64,000 bases of DNA. Origin: Anthoceros angustus (taxonomy: Eukaryota; Plantae; Anthocerotophyta). The stretch's first letter is position 1. Every line of letters begins with the position of its first letter. The notes under the pieces were generated by a model that worked only from the letters and a program-made list of their open reading frames with translations, was not told the DNA's origin and did no database searches. Below are positions 23,621 through 36,324 of the stretch, one piece after another. The position numbers and the translations under genes are program-made. The DNA is taken from NCBI GenBank assembly GCA_010909165.1, contig VJWM01000238.1, positions 124,001 to 188,000 of the forward strand. The letters are read 5' to 3'.

Positions 23621-26600
23621 ATGTATGTTATCAAGCGCGATGGGCGGCAGGAGGCGGTACACTTTGACAAGATCACCGCGCGGCTGAAGAAGCTCAGCTA
23701 TGGCCTCAACCCCGATTACTGTGACCCCGTTGTGGTCACCATGAAGGTCTGTGCTGGGGTGTACGCCGGGGTGCACACCAGCCAGCTGGATGAGCTCGCA
23801 GCCGAGACCGCTGCCGCCATGACGGCCTCGCATCCGGACTACGCCCTGGTAGTGCCGGTTCTCTGCTGTACTTTCTGGGTTTCGGTTTGGGGAGCATGCA
23901 GTTTGTGGGCGCGGGCATTGAATTGTGGGTTTGGTGTTGCGAATTCCCGGCCCAGTGTGGGGAGTGGTAGGGAAGGGTTGGGATGTGGGTGAGATGTGCA
24001 TTCATTCTGCTGGTGTGCAGCTGTTTTCGTTTTCTACCTCTCTGGCGAATTTGCTCACTGTGGAAAGGTTTTGCAGCTTGCTGCCCGGATTGCGGTTTCC
24101 AATCTGCACAAGAATACAATGAAGTCGTTTTCTGCGACGTAAGTGGGTGACGGTGCTTCGGTGCATTGCTGGCTTGAGCATTTAGCACGAGTATGTTCAG
24201 TGTAGAGATGGTAGTGCAAGCGATTCATGGTGGTTGTTATGATTTATTCCAGTGTTGAAGTTATGTATCATCATGTGGATCTCAAGTCCGGGAAGAATGC
24301 CCCCTTGATTGGGGATGATGTGTACCGGATTGTCAAAGCGGTATGCGAGAATGCGATGCTAGTTTGCTGGTTTTTGAGTAGTAGTAGGATGACTGGCGTA
24401 TTTAAATTGAGAGGGTTCTTCTGTCAGAACAAAGACCGGCTGGACAGCGAAGTGATCTACGATAGGGACTTCGATTATGATTACTTTGGTTTCAAGACTT
24501 TGGAGCGGTCGTATCTGTTGAAAGTTAATGGCAAAGTTGTTGAGAGGCCTCAGCATATGCTGATGCGTGTAGCGGTCGGGATTCACAAGGAAGACATCGA
24601 AGCAGCCATTAAGACTTATCACATGATGTCGCAGCGTTGGTTTACTCATGCATCACCCACACTTTTTAATGCTGGGACTCAGAGGCCTCAGGTGAGACCT
24701 GCCTACCTGTCTGAGTGATGGGTTTTGAATCAATGTTTTCTGTGGCATCTGCATTGCTCTTGGCCATGCAGATGGATCAGGCTGTGGTTTTCTGATCTGG
24801 TGGTGGTTGTGCAGCTGAGTAGCTGCTTCTTAGTCTGCATGAAGGATGACAGTATCGAAGGCATTTATGACACTCTGAAAGAATGTGCCGTCATCAGCAA
24901 GTCTGCTGGGGGCATCGGGCTTTCTGTCCATAATATCCGAGCGACCAACAGCTACATTCGTGGGACTAATGGGACATCCAATGGTATTGTTCCTATGTTG
25001 CGTGTCTTCAATGACACTGCCAGATACGTTGACCAGGGTGGTGGGAAACGGAAAGGTGCCTTCTCTAAATGTCATCGTGACCTGTTTCAATTCGCTGCCT
25101 TGCAATCCTGGTTATCTAATACTAGGAGAATATGCCCATGCCAATAACCAGGTGCGTTTGCGGTATATTTGGAACCATGGCATGCGGATGTGTTTGATTG
25201 GCTGGACCTCCGGAAGAACCATGGGAAGGTTGGTCCCTGCCCTTGATAATGCCGACTGTGTTTGGCATTGGGTGGAGCTTTGGAGAGAATTGTAGCTGAA
25301 TGTAGCCGACCTGCTACTCTCATCTTTTAAACAACTCTCTTCCTTTTATGTCCGCAGGAGGAAAACAGGGCCCGAGATCTGTTCTACGGCCTGTGGATTC
25401 CTGATCTGTTCATGCAGAGGGTGGAGTCAGATCAGCCCTGGTCGCTGTTCTGTCCTAACGAAGCACCTGGACTTGCCGATCGCTGGGGTGATGAATTTGA
25501 AAGGCTTTATGAGAAGTACGAGGCGGAGGTACTGTGGACCTCATCTCATTTTTCAATTTTCACCTGAAAGTGTCCTCCAGTTGTGTTCTCATGGTCGGTT
25601 CTCATCCAGGGTAAGGCAAAGAAGGTTGTTCCAGCCCAGAAGCTGTGGTTCTCAATATTAGAAGCTCAAGTTGAAACAGGGAATCCGTATATGCTGTTCA
25701 AGGTGAAAAGTTGGCCTCTTATTTTAGCTTGTATGATTGGTTCTATCCGTGAGCTGTGAATTTCCAACATTCATTCATTGCCTCAGGATGCGTGCAACAA
25801 GAAAAGTAATCAGCAGAATCTCGGTACAATCAAGTCCTCCAACTTGTGTACTGAGATCCTGGAGTTCACAAGTGCAGAGGAGACAGCAGTTTGCAACCTG
25901 GCTTCTATAGCCCTGCCTCGTTTTGTCCGTGAACAGGTTAGTTCGTAGGCTGATCGTCGCCTTGAACTCCTGTACATGTCTTGTACATGTTCTCTTCTGA
26001 CTCCTGTGCGTTTTCTACAACAGGGTGTTCCTCTGGAAGCTCACCCTACTAAGATGGTTGGTAGCAGAGGCCACAAGAATCGTTATTTTGACCTAGACAA
26101 GCTTGGAGAGGTACGAGTCTGTGATCGAGGATACTACTGTTAATTACGTAAGGGACGGCGGCAAAGACCTTGGGTACTGACCATCCTTCTGTCCCTTGCA
26201 ACAGATCACAGCTCTAGTGACTCGTAATCTGAACAGGATCATTGATGTGAATTACTATCCTGTGGAAACGGCTAAGGTTTCCAATATGAGGCACAGACCA
26301 ATAGGGATTGGTGTCCAGGGCTTAGCTGATGCTTTCATCCTTCTGGGCATGTCCTTTGATGCCGATGAGGTGATAACACGCTCCCTGTCATCTCATCCAG
26401 AGCTTGATTGTTAGAACAGTTTCATGAGATTCGCTAAGATTTGAAGGCGATTCGTTGCAGGCACAAAAATTAAACCAGGACATTTTTGAGACGATATACT
26501 TCCACGCACTGAAAACGTCATGTCAGCTTGCAGTGGAAGAGGGTCCTTACTCGTCATTTCAAGGCAGCCCAGCAAGCAAGGTAAACGTGTCGCCTGCTCT

Positions 26601-27816
26601 TCGTGTAGGCCAGAGGCTCCTGCGAAATAGCCGTTCTATGTTTGGTACACAAGTGCTCATTGAAATTCATCTGATCACCTCTCTTCCTTCACCTCAGGGT
26701 CTCTTGCAGCCAGATCTGTGGGATGTGGAACCCTCTGGCCGCTGGGACTGGACAGGTTTGCGTGAATCCATTGCAAAGCATGGATTGCGGAATTCTCTCC
26801 TTGTGGCTCCAATGCCAACAGCTTCAACCAGTCAGATACTGGGCAATAATGAATGTTTCGAACCGTACACTTCCAACATTTACAGCAGGAGAGTACTCAG
26901 GTACGTGTACATGTTATAGGTATCTTGGATCTGGTCTGATCTGCTTTGACAATAGGGCAACTAACACGGTGTGCTCTGTTTTGCAGTGGGGAGTTTGTTG
27001 TGGTTAATAAGCATCTCTTGAACGATCTAACGGACATGGGACTTTGGACTGCTGATCTGAAGAATCAAGTCATTTTCCATAACGGATCTATCCAACAGAT
27101 CAGTTCTATACCAGAGGATATGAAAGCCATCTACAGGTAATGACTCGGCGTGACCCTAAAATTGGAGGGGTTGGTTTTGTGGGTATATTAGTGTATATTC
27201 TGAAGCTTGTTTTGGTCACAGAACTGTCTGGGAGATCAAGCAACGAAGTATAGTAGATATGGCTGCTGCCCGAGGTGCTTTCATCGATCAAAGCCAGAGT
27301 CTAAATATCCACATGGACCAGCCAAATTTTGGGAAGTTAACATCCCTGCACTTCTACACCTGGCGAAAGGTGATCCCTCATTCCTGATCTGATAGACTGT
27401 ATTGCACCAGAAACTGTGTGGTGTAGGCTATATCTGGTTCCTCTACATGTACAGGGTTTGAAGACAGGCATGTATTATTTGCGCTCTCGGGCTGCTGCAG
27501 ATGCGATCAAATTCACTGTTGATACTACCGCGGTGAAGGTACGTAGTGGTAACATGTACTGCCTCATCCTGCGATTGTGTAGGTGCCGAGGCACTGAAGG
27601 GTGGGGTGTGCCGTCCTTGAATGTCAGGAAGCGGAGAAACCAAAGTTGGAACCAGTAGACAGCACCGAGACTCTGCAAGGGAAGATGTCTCAAATGGGCA
27701 CCGAGTCTCTGCAAGTGAAGATGTCTCAAATGAGCACCGAGTCTCTGCAAATGAAGATGTCGCAAATGGTTTGCTCACTGGAGAACAAGGATGACTGTCT
27801 CTCTTGCGGGTCGTAA
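23621..27816 (+). CDS. RNR1: Ribonucleoside-diphosphate reductase large subunit, 17 exons, 839 aa
   Basis: Exons: 23621-23848, 24077-24138, 24253-24340, 24428-24691, 24815-25055, 25152-25228, 25358-25528, 25610-25702, 25787-25936, 26024-26110, 26205-26369, 26461-26580, 26698-26900, 26987-27136, 27222-27369, 27455-27538, 27628-27816. All introns are GT-AG and phases are consistent. Motifs: ATP cone [24 protein letters not shown]-terminal CLSCGS. Confidence 0.97.
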
Positions 27817-28292
27817 ATTATATTAGCTTTCTGCCTAGTTTTCTTGTACATCATTTAGTGTCAGCGATGTCACCTTCACCGTGACCCTCCTTGTGCTTGG
27901 AGTGTGTCAACTGTCTGTAGAGTGTCAAAGGACAAACTCTGAGAACCTGTGGCGTGAAGAGCCCTTTGTACATACGAACATTGTTTTACCGGAAGGTTAA
28001 TTTACTTCCTACGCTGCGATAGAAACATCTGAGAAATTTGTCTTGTGAAGCACTGAGAAAATTGTCTTGTGAAGCACTGAGAAATTTGTCTTGTGGAATT
28101 TGTCTCTGACGTACATTTGCATGGCAATCCTTGCACCTTTGTCTGTTTACATTTGCACGGGTGTGTTGCCTAGCAAGTGAGCAGGCAATGACAAGACAAG
28201 AGTATGTGTGAACCAACAGCCATGTACTACCTTGCATATTTACTCGGATGTAGAAAGTTGTAACCTCTTGAAGTTAAGGGCAGACTTAACAG

Positions 28293-29060
28293 TGGCACCC
28301 CCGGTGGGACTCACATGAGTTTGTGCAGACCTGGCATCCTAACTATTCCACCTTGTGTGACTGATCTAAACTGCCTGCAAGCCTCTCTGTTCTGTCTTGC
28401 AAGTCCACAAATCAGTTGTCTTCTTGTTCGTAGGGTAGTGAGTAAAGATGGAGATTTTTTCCCGCTTGATTGCTTTTCTAACCTGTTCTCAAGATGCTCC
28501 CATCGAATCCCTGCAAATGATTCACATGCCTCTCATACCGTTTGGTCTGTGCAATGCCCCTTGAGCTCTCCAAGCTGCATTTTGGGCTGTACGTGCTGAA
28601 ACCATCAAGGTTAAGAACAGGAAGTAAAAGTAGGAATCACGAGTAGCATAGGAAATTGAAGTGATGGCCCTCTCTGACTCATCTAGTGCTAGGAAGATTG
28701 GAGACACATTCATGCTCCCTCCGTTATACGGATCTCCCCATGAAGATCCTGACGAACACTTATGGTTGTTTCGAAGAGTTCTTAAAAACCCGAATGCTCG
28801 AAACTGAGAAAAATTTAAAATAGATCAAACTTTTTCCAGCTTCTCTCCATGGCGAAGCTGAAGCTTGGTATGAGACTCTTGAAGATGCCTACAGGTTGGA
28901 TTGGCCGGGCCTCTGCAACGCTTTCCTTGCAAGATTTACAAGCAGCCCGTTCCACCAAGACTGCAAGGCCGCCCTTGACTACCCCTATCAGGGAAGTCGA
29001 GAGCCAATCGGGAACTATGCTGAGCGTGCCCAAATCCTGGTCAAGAAGCTTGCTTAGCGC
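28293..29060 (+). mobile_element. Truncated Gypsy element: PBS-like site and gag fragment
   Basis: ..TTAACA followed by G-TGGCACCCCCGGTGGGA. Gag-like segments LYGSPHEDPDEHL (28712) and SLHGEAEAWYETL..DWPGLCNAFLARF..EPIGNYAER. Confidence 0.6.
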
Positions 29061-29331
29061 CGCTTTCCATGCGGCCGAAACAAAACCAAAACTACTAAAA
29101 ACAGTGTATTCCGCTTTTGGTGGGAGGAAAGATTTCCAATTTCGTGTTGGCCCTCCCCTCCCCTCCTTTGCGCTTTTCGCGCCAACATTTGGCGCCGTTA
29201 CGGGCTATCGGCAGTGCCCTTCACCGGCACATCCCGTCACTTTGTGGAGAGACCACATTGTTTCTTCTTCGTCGCAGAGATTGTCGCGCACTGAGGCTGT
29301 CGCGCAGCACACCAGAGCTACAGAATCAGCA

Positions 29332-30226
29332 ATGGCATTCAGTCAGCCCTTGGTTCCTGATTCCCAGCAACCTGCTCTTCAATCGCAGCAATTTTTTATG
29401 CCTTCCTCTCAGCAACATCATGCTGAGAGGTCTCCATTGCCTTTTGTAGTTCCACATAGACCTCCTCCTCCCTTCGCTCCATTGCCTCCACCTCCACCAA
29501 CGCGAATGTCCTGGAAAAACAACAATTGTCTTGTGCTTTCAGGCAGCTGTGAGAATCGAAGAGGAGAAACGGGCATTTGGTGGCGTAAAGGAGAAGATGA
29601 AGTCCGCAACAGTGAGGTGGGATGCAAGATGGCCTTATTGTGTGAAGCATGAGACCAATGCTTCCGACCAAGATCCAAGAGGGAGTCAAGTATAACGATG
29701 GAAGAAGATTTACGCTACCGGCATGGAATGTGAAGTGGTCACCCGGACTATTGGAGAATGACTTCATCAGACAGGAAAGATAAAAAAACTGCCAGTGGAC
29801 TTCAACCAGGAATTGTATGAAACCATTGCGGCCTGGATGGTGGTTGTGAACTCAACTATTGAGCCTCCAGATAATATGATTGTCGACTCCAATTTTTTGC
29901 AGACTGCGGGTACTTAAAGTTGCTCATCGATACTTACAGAGTCAGGCTCCTGTTCTCAACCAGATGTTGCAAGTGAGCCCACTGAGGAGGCATCAGAAGA
30001 TCCAGCAGATCCCCAACAATGGACAATGGAGAGGAATAAGCGCAGAAAATTAAAGGAGAAGGTCGTTGATGCCACACTGTCCACAATGACTCAATCATTC
30101 GTCCAAGCTCTCAGTGGTGTTGAAGACAAGAGAGTCATGCGTCATACTGAGAGCATGCAGTTCAACAGAAGGAAGCATAACACTATAATATTTGAAGCGG
30201 CTGAATATACAGCAAGCGGCTTTTGA
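29332..30226 (+). pseudogene. Myb/SANT (trihelix-like) DNA-binding protein, degenerate, probably TE-associated
   Basis: RMSWKNNNCLVL..KMKSATVRWD..YCVKH..RWKKIY..GHPDYWRMTSSDRKDKKLPVDFNQELYETI follows the Myb_DNA-bind_4 pattern. Pro-rich N-terminus and a KRRK motif. Confidence 0.65.
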
Positions 30227-30929
30227 GTTGAATATAAGCTAAACAGGGTTTTCGATGGGCATTGACAGGCCATATTTGAGCATACCCTGCAGAAGATGGC
30301 ACACAATAAGGGTGTCATGATCGCCCTCTACATGCTCTCACGACACACATTTGTACAGGAAGGGTCCGTCAAATAGGACGAGCATTGTTTTTTGCTAGAA
30401 ACGATGCCCATGTCCTTAGTGCATGCGATACGTTTAGCAACCGTAAATGACCACGGGCAACGACCGCTGGGGCAACTTTGGAGGGAATGCGTACACATAT
30501 TTCTACTCTCCTGCTATACACCCATCTATGGACATGGTGGACGAGGTTGTCCACAACAGGATAGGGTTAAAAGGACGTCGAACGAAACCGCGGACTGGCG
30601 CCGCATGCCGCCTGTGTCCGCCCAAGAGGGACGCAGGCGTGGGCCGCGTAGGCCCCAACTGTGAAGGACTTTCCCGATGCCTGCTGGAGGACACACTTCG
30701 CAAACAGATTACCTGAATCGCACTGGCCTTTCAGGACTAGTCAATTGCTGACGGGCACACGATCCTATTGGCGAACGGACAAAATGAACAAAATTTGCTT
30801 CCTCCGAGTGGCTGTGGACAAAGCACCTGGCAAATCCGTTATGGAACAAGGCATATATTCCTATCATTCCTCGCCGACTCGAGTCCCTCCCCGCCAGATA
30901 TCTCGGCTTCATCACCTGATTCATCGTTG

Positions 30930-33900
30930 TCCATTACACCATCTGGGGTTGCAGGCTTGAGGTGGGCTCGTAGAGCACTCAGCTTCTCTTTGATCGCTTT
31001 CTTGTCGGCAAGATACGATGTTTCCTCATGCTACTTGAACCCATAATAAACGATAACCGTTCTCCGAACGAATAACTTCTGTATATTAGGTGGATTGTGT
31101 TGTTTGCCCCTCTTCCTTTCGGGGACGGACTGTGTTCTCAACTCGAGGATGACTTCCTCCATATACTTCCCTTCAGTGCGTGGTCATCCTCCACCAATGC
31201 ACAAGTAAGGATCGGTCGGTGAAATGGACTTCCACAACCTTTGCGACCCAGAAAGCTCTATTGTGTATGTCACCCTCACAAGGCGTTATAATGAACATGC
31301 CTTTCTCTATCTCCATGATATCCCCATTCATCCTTTCACACTCTTGTCCTTGACGATCAGCACCCTGGTGGGCTCCTAAGTACATGTCCCTTTGGGGAAT
31401 TTCCCGCAACAATGCTTCATCTAGAACAACAACCCCTGCCACCGGTTGGATGTGGAATTTGCCGCTGTCGTCAGATTCCATGGTTTTTCCACAAGACCAA
31501 TATTGTTGTCTACGATACATGCAATCTCCTCTTGATCCTTCCAGAACATTGTCCACCATTGTTCTTCTTCGGCATTGACATATGTTGGCAGATTTAGCAT
31601 TCCTTTCCGCAAATAAGCAACCTCGAATGGCGATCCCAACCCCACCTCTTTTGTCCTTGGCTTGGGCGCCATCAAAGGTGCCGGGCTAATATCGCTCGGA
31701 ACAAACCCGTGAACTCCAAGCCATCTTGACTCCCCGAGGAGAGGTTGAATCCGCTTACTCGAATAATCATTTTCCGCGAGTTTCTCCTCTCGTGTGATTT
31801 TGAACCGATGTTGAAGCGATAGATTGTTCAATTGTTTCAGCCTTTATCGATATCCCGCCTTTGTTATAGGCCGCATATACAGTCCGGAAGTCCGAACCCC
31901 CAACACCGCACCTCCGGGTTGGGCGTATACGCTGTGCTTATCAAGGTCTCCATAGCTGGTAGGGTTTTCACCTCCTTGTGCTTCAAATGTTCAGAGAAGC
32001 AAGAGAACATATGGTCCACTTGGTCGTGTGTGTGCCCTACGAGGAGAAATCCGACCTTCACCTTTTCAAAGGTGACCTCCACAAGCATATTGAGGTACGC
32101 AAAAAGCAATTGGTTCTTGTTCTCCCGGCATGTGTTATCCAGCTGTAAATATAGAATTTTCGGTAGCAACCCATTATATGTGTGGATAATGTCCTGAATA
32201 ATAGCAATAGTCAAGTTTGCATCATTCCTCAGATTCGCAAAGTGGAGATACGCCCTGGCTTTCAAAGTATAATTGTGTACCATGCAGCCCACAACATGGA
32301 CTGTTATGCGGTAGTCCTCCTTCAGGTCCTTCGGCCATCTCAAAATATGTGTCAACTCCGTCTTCTTTTGATCCATGCCGTCAATGCATAGTAACATGTA
32401 CTTCTGAGGGACAGTGTAGCTTTTTGTGCGATGCTTCATCAACTTCTTCCTCTCATTCATCAATTATGTTCGATGTTTATTTGAGGCGTCCTGATATACA
32501 TCTGCAAAACACACCACTAAACCAGTGAGAATGGACACCTGGATTAGTTACCATAATGGGGTAGCCTAACCGAAGTTACAAACATTTTATTTGCAGCGGA
32601 CATGCCGGCAACATGCCTTCAGAGGCACCCCGCGTGCCAACGCCATCCCACGGCATATGCATGACAGGGCGCCGGAATGCCCGCGCCCAACCCTCCAGTT
32701 TGCAAGATGCCGTGAAGACCCTTCAAGGCGCTGCAAGTGCCCCGATCGGTGGCACCATGTCGGGCGCCGCCTTCAGCCACATGCCGGCCCCTCGACGGGC
32801 GGGGCTCGGCATGTGATGCACCACCGCACGATGCCGCCCTTCCCTCAGAGAGCGCCGGCATGCCGGGTATTTGACGGTTGGCGCGCATGCTGCGCCCTTC
32901 CCAGAGGGCGCCGCATGCCGCCTCGGCGCCGGCATGCTGCGCGCTTCCCGGCATGCAGGCGCCCGCGTCTAGGCCCGCATGCCGGTGCTCCTTTTCTCCG
33001 GGGCGGCATGCCGCGCCCTTCCTCATAAGGCACCGCCCGCCTTCATTCACGGCTCCAATGGCCGCCGCAGGGGTAGGGGCGCGCATGCCGGCCGCCCATC
33101 TACCACTACGCTTGGAGGGTTAGCTCTCCGCAAAGAGTATAATAGCTATTACAAGGATTCTAGGTAGGAAATGACGGAGTACCGTATGCTGGCATACCTT
33201 GATCAATCTGATGATATGTACTCCGGATGTTGTACTTTAGCCCCGCGCATAACGCACATGTCGAAAACCGGTTAGACCTCTGAATTTTCACCCTCTTAAA
33301 GTTTTCTGTCCATAGCCTCAGAAAATAGGCATATGACACAAACCGCAATGCTGGTGCACATTTTGCTGTTGTTTGACTTGAAAAGCAAGGTGGCTCAAAC
33401 GCGTAGTCGAGTTGGCAATTTCAAACGGATTTGATGTAGTCATCGGAGAAGAAATGTTGTGGATAACTGTGCTTTGTTGCATGAGATGAAACCGATGGTC
33501 TTCCTTTGTAGGGCTAGGAGAGCACATGAGACCGCACCAGAATGCACGAATACCGCGATATTTGCCACCTACTCCCCGGAACTTGAATAGTTGTGTGGCT
33601 GTGGGTGGAAGCCCAGGTCGGAGGGGAAACGACGCTCGTCGTTCAAATCCAGCCTCCCAAAGGACTGGTCGGCTTTTAAGATGCGAACGTACGTGTGTTG
33701 GGCGACTGCGGTCGTTGTCGATGTCTGCCACCTCGAGAGGACACGAAATGATGTCTCTTATCGGCGAACCGGTGAGACAATGCAAAGTGAGAAGAATGTT
33801 TTGCCGATTCAAAAGAGGCAAGCCGCAGGTGTCTCTTTAAAGAAAAGTGACGGAGACGCTGTCTTGGCGATTCTGAGCCATCGCAACAAGTTGTGTCTTC

Positions 33901-34600
33901 CTATTACATCAAGGGATGGTCTTGAGCGAGGACCGTGTTCTTGAGGCTACGGGGAGCGAGTTATTCCTTCAATCCCTTGTTAGAACGGATGTGAATGCCA
34001 AATGTAGAGACAAGGTTGTCACTTACATTATGGGAGAGCCACCGATGCGGTGTTGCCTGAAAGCATTTCGTCGGGTATACTGCATAGGCTTTGCAAGGTA
34101 TGACGAGTTGAAGAACAGGGTATTGCTGAATGCACCATGGGATGGGGCCAAGCCGAATCCTCACGTGCAATCCTCACATGCTCTTGCTGCGATCGCGTGG
34201 ATGGACTCAACATTTCTTTTGCTGGCAGAAAGGTTGCCCAACGTTGAAGTACAACGGCGCGTTAGTACAAACGGGACGTGCAATGACTTTCCACATTCGT
34301 AGCACAAATGGTCAACAGGTCGACTTCAGACAATACCTCATCCTCGTCCAAGCCATGGATAGAATGCAGCATCTTGGCAAGCTGCCCGATAGAGACGATC
34401 GGCCACAGTCCCCCCCCCCAAAACTGGTTTAGCTCTGCGAGAATGCAATGAACATAAAGCTTGGAACAAGCAGGCCTCCTCTTGATACCGCTCACAGTCT
34501 GCAACCACCCGCAAACTCTCCTCTTATTCCTGCCATCAAGCACAGCTGATGCGTTCAACAATGAAGAGGGCACAACACATGCCAGCTACATACAATCAGC
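30930..34600 (-). mobile_element. Sola-type (DDD) DNA transposase gene, degenerate, with an intron (32502-33197) and an internal inversion (33439-34249)
   Basis: FSTCALC, LCIDGMDQKK, LYLQLDNTCRENKN, GFLLVGHTHDQVDHMFS, FWVAKV..VHWW. The N-terminal part CLKAFRRVYCIG..AWM..F lies on the + strand. Confidence 0.75.
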
Positions 34601-35424
34601 TCACCATAAGGCGCCGCCAGTTCATCGAAGGTTCGGTGGCGAACAGTAGGATATCTAGGCTGAAAATAGAGTGCACTTATTGTGAGATAACAATGTCTAT
34701 AATGATCGAGATAGGGTCATATCTGGTACAATTATGACCGGGTACTGGGGTTTAAATAATGGCACTGGTCAATATTTTGACGGCCGTCATCACATTAGGG
34801 TTTCTTACGAATGTCCGCTTCTAAAAAGGGTATAAGTTTGATAGGAGCCCCGTCTGGGTTCGCGTTTCTTGCAGGTGAAGCTCGACGGAGTGCTGACGGT
34901 GGCTGCCGTACGGGCATAATCCACAGCGCCAGCAGACCTTCAAGGCCAGGCAGCTTGCGTGCAACCTGCTGCAATTCCGACGCTAATCCCATCTGCAGCT
35001 GGAGCGATTCACGCTGACGCCTTCTCGAGGGCTGCCATCAGTTACCAGCGCGGTCGCAAAACGTAGGGAGGGTGGCAATTGCTGGCTTTTTGCTCCAACT
35101 CACAGCCCTTTTGTGTGCCTTCTCTGATTAACGACGGGGTGCAGGGACATGGCGAGTGGAAGGCGTAGCAAGAAAGGCCTGCCTGAAGCAGCTGCAGACA
35201 ACCCCGGATTGTGGGGAAGGCGAAGAAGGCGCGGAAATCGAAGGTGCCGACAGCAGATGCCTTGCCCAAATCTCCACTCCCAGTGAGCGTTTTTCCAGGG
35301 CATGTTGGTGTTACTTGACTCCAAATTTCCAATTGCTTTTAACCCTGTGGTGTCAAGGGTGGGTCGAATTGAAAGAAGAAAGACAAGGCGCATGGAGGAG
35401 CAGCAGAGAAGAGTGGAATCCCTA

Positions 35425-36018
35425 CTAGAAAAGGCAGCCCATGTTACAGTCGTGGTTGCAATTTTATGTTACACTTCCAAATTGCAACATGCTATGTAGG
35501 CTTGGTATTAAGATTGACACTATTCCCTTCTCATGCTGTGACCATCTTAACATGAACCTGGCTCTCTCTCTCATCACCTCACCCTCCTAAGTACAACCTC
35601 CCTCTCGCAAGCATTGTTTATGATTTCAAACATATGCAATGAAAACTTGCTTATGTTATAGTCCTTTGTTACAATTTCATGTAACACGTTCCATGTGGAA
35701 CACCCAAAAAGTTAGCTGGCTTGGTGTTCAGTTTGTGATTTTGTTCTCCACCTTCTCTCATCATCTTAACAACATGCAAGTGGTCTCCTGACCTTTCACC
35801 TCACCATTAAGAGCTGATCATTGAGTTTGTTGGTTTGGTGTTAAGTTTGTGATTTTCTTCTCCACTTCCTCTTACCATGTTAACAACATGCTCCTGGTCT
35901 CTCCTTTCACCTCACACTCCTAGTTAATGCTCCAGTGTGACACCCCTTTCTTTATTGTTTCCCTCTTTGTGTTGCAACATGACTGTGACAATGAGTTCCC
36001 TCTCCCACCAGGATTTTA
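35425..36018. repeat. Inverted copy of the repeat at 1-556
   Basis: See 1-556; this copy appears to have one additional subrepeat. Confidence 0.8.
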
Positions 36019-36286
36019 TTCTTCCCCTCTTGCTTTTCCTACATAGCAATTACCAAGAACTCTATCTCTCGTGGGTATCTTTCCATCTTCGCATAGCCAT
36101 GCATTTATGATTAATCTACCTTCCCTCTTCAATGCACCCTTGTGTCCACACCTGGTTTTGTTTTCAAGCCCCAAATACTCTTGTTATTACCTAATTATGT
36201 ATAGTAGGATTCTACATTATTTATATGTCTGTCTATACATACGGTTGGTGGATGTGTTCAGATAATCCTATATACATGATCAAACA

Positions 36287-36288
<2 letters not shown>

Positions 36289-36318
<30 letters not shown>
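36289..36318. repeat. (AT)15 microsatellite
   Basis: Read directly. Confidence 0.95.

Positions 36319-36324
<6 letters not shown>

Noticed and set aside
28849-29652. 267-aa ORF as a single gene
   Set aside because: It runs out of frame across the Gypsy gag remnant into the Myb gene's N-terminus, so it is a chimeric reading.
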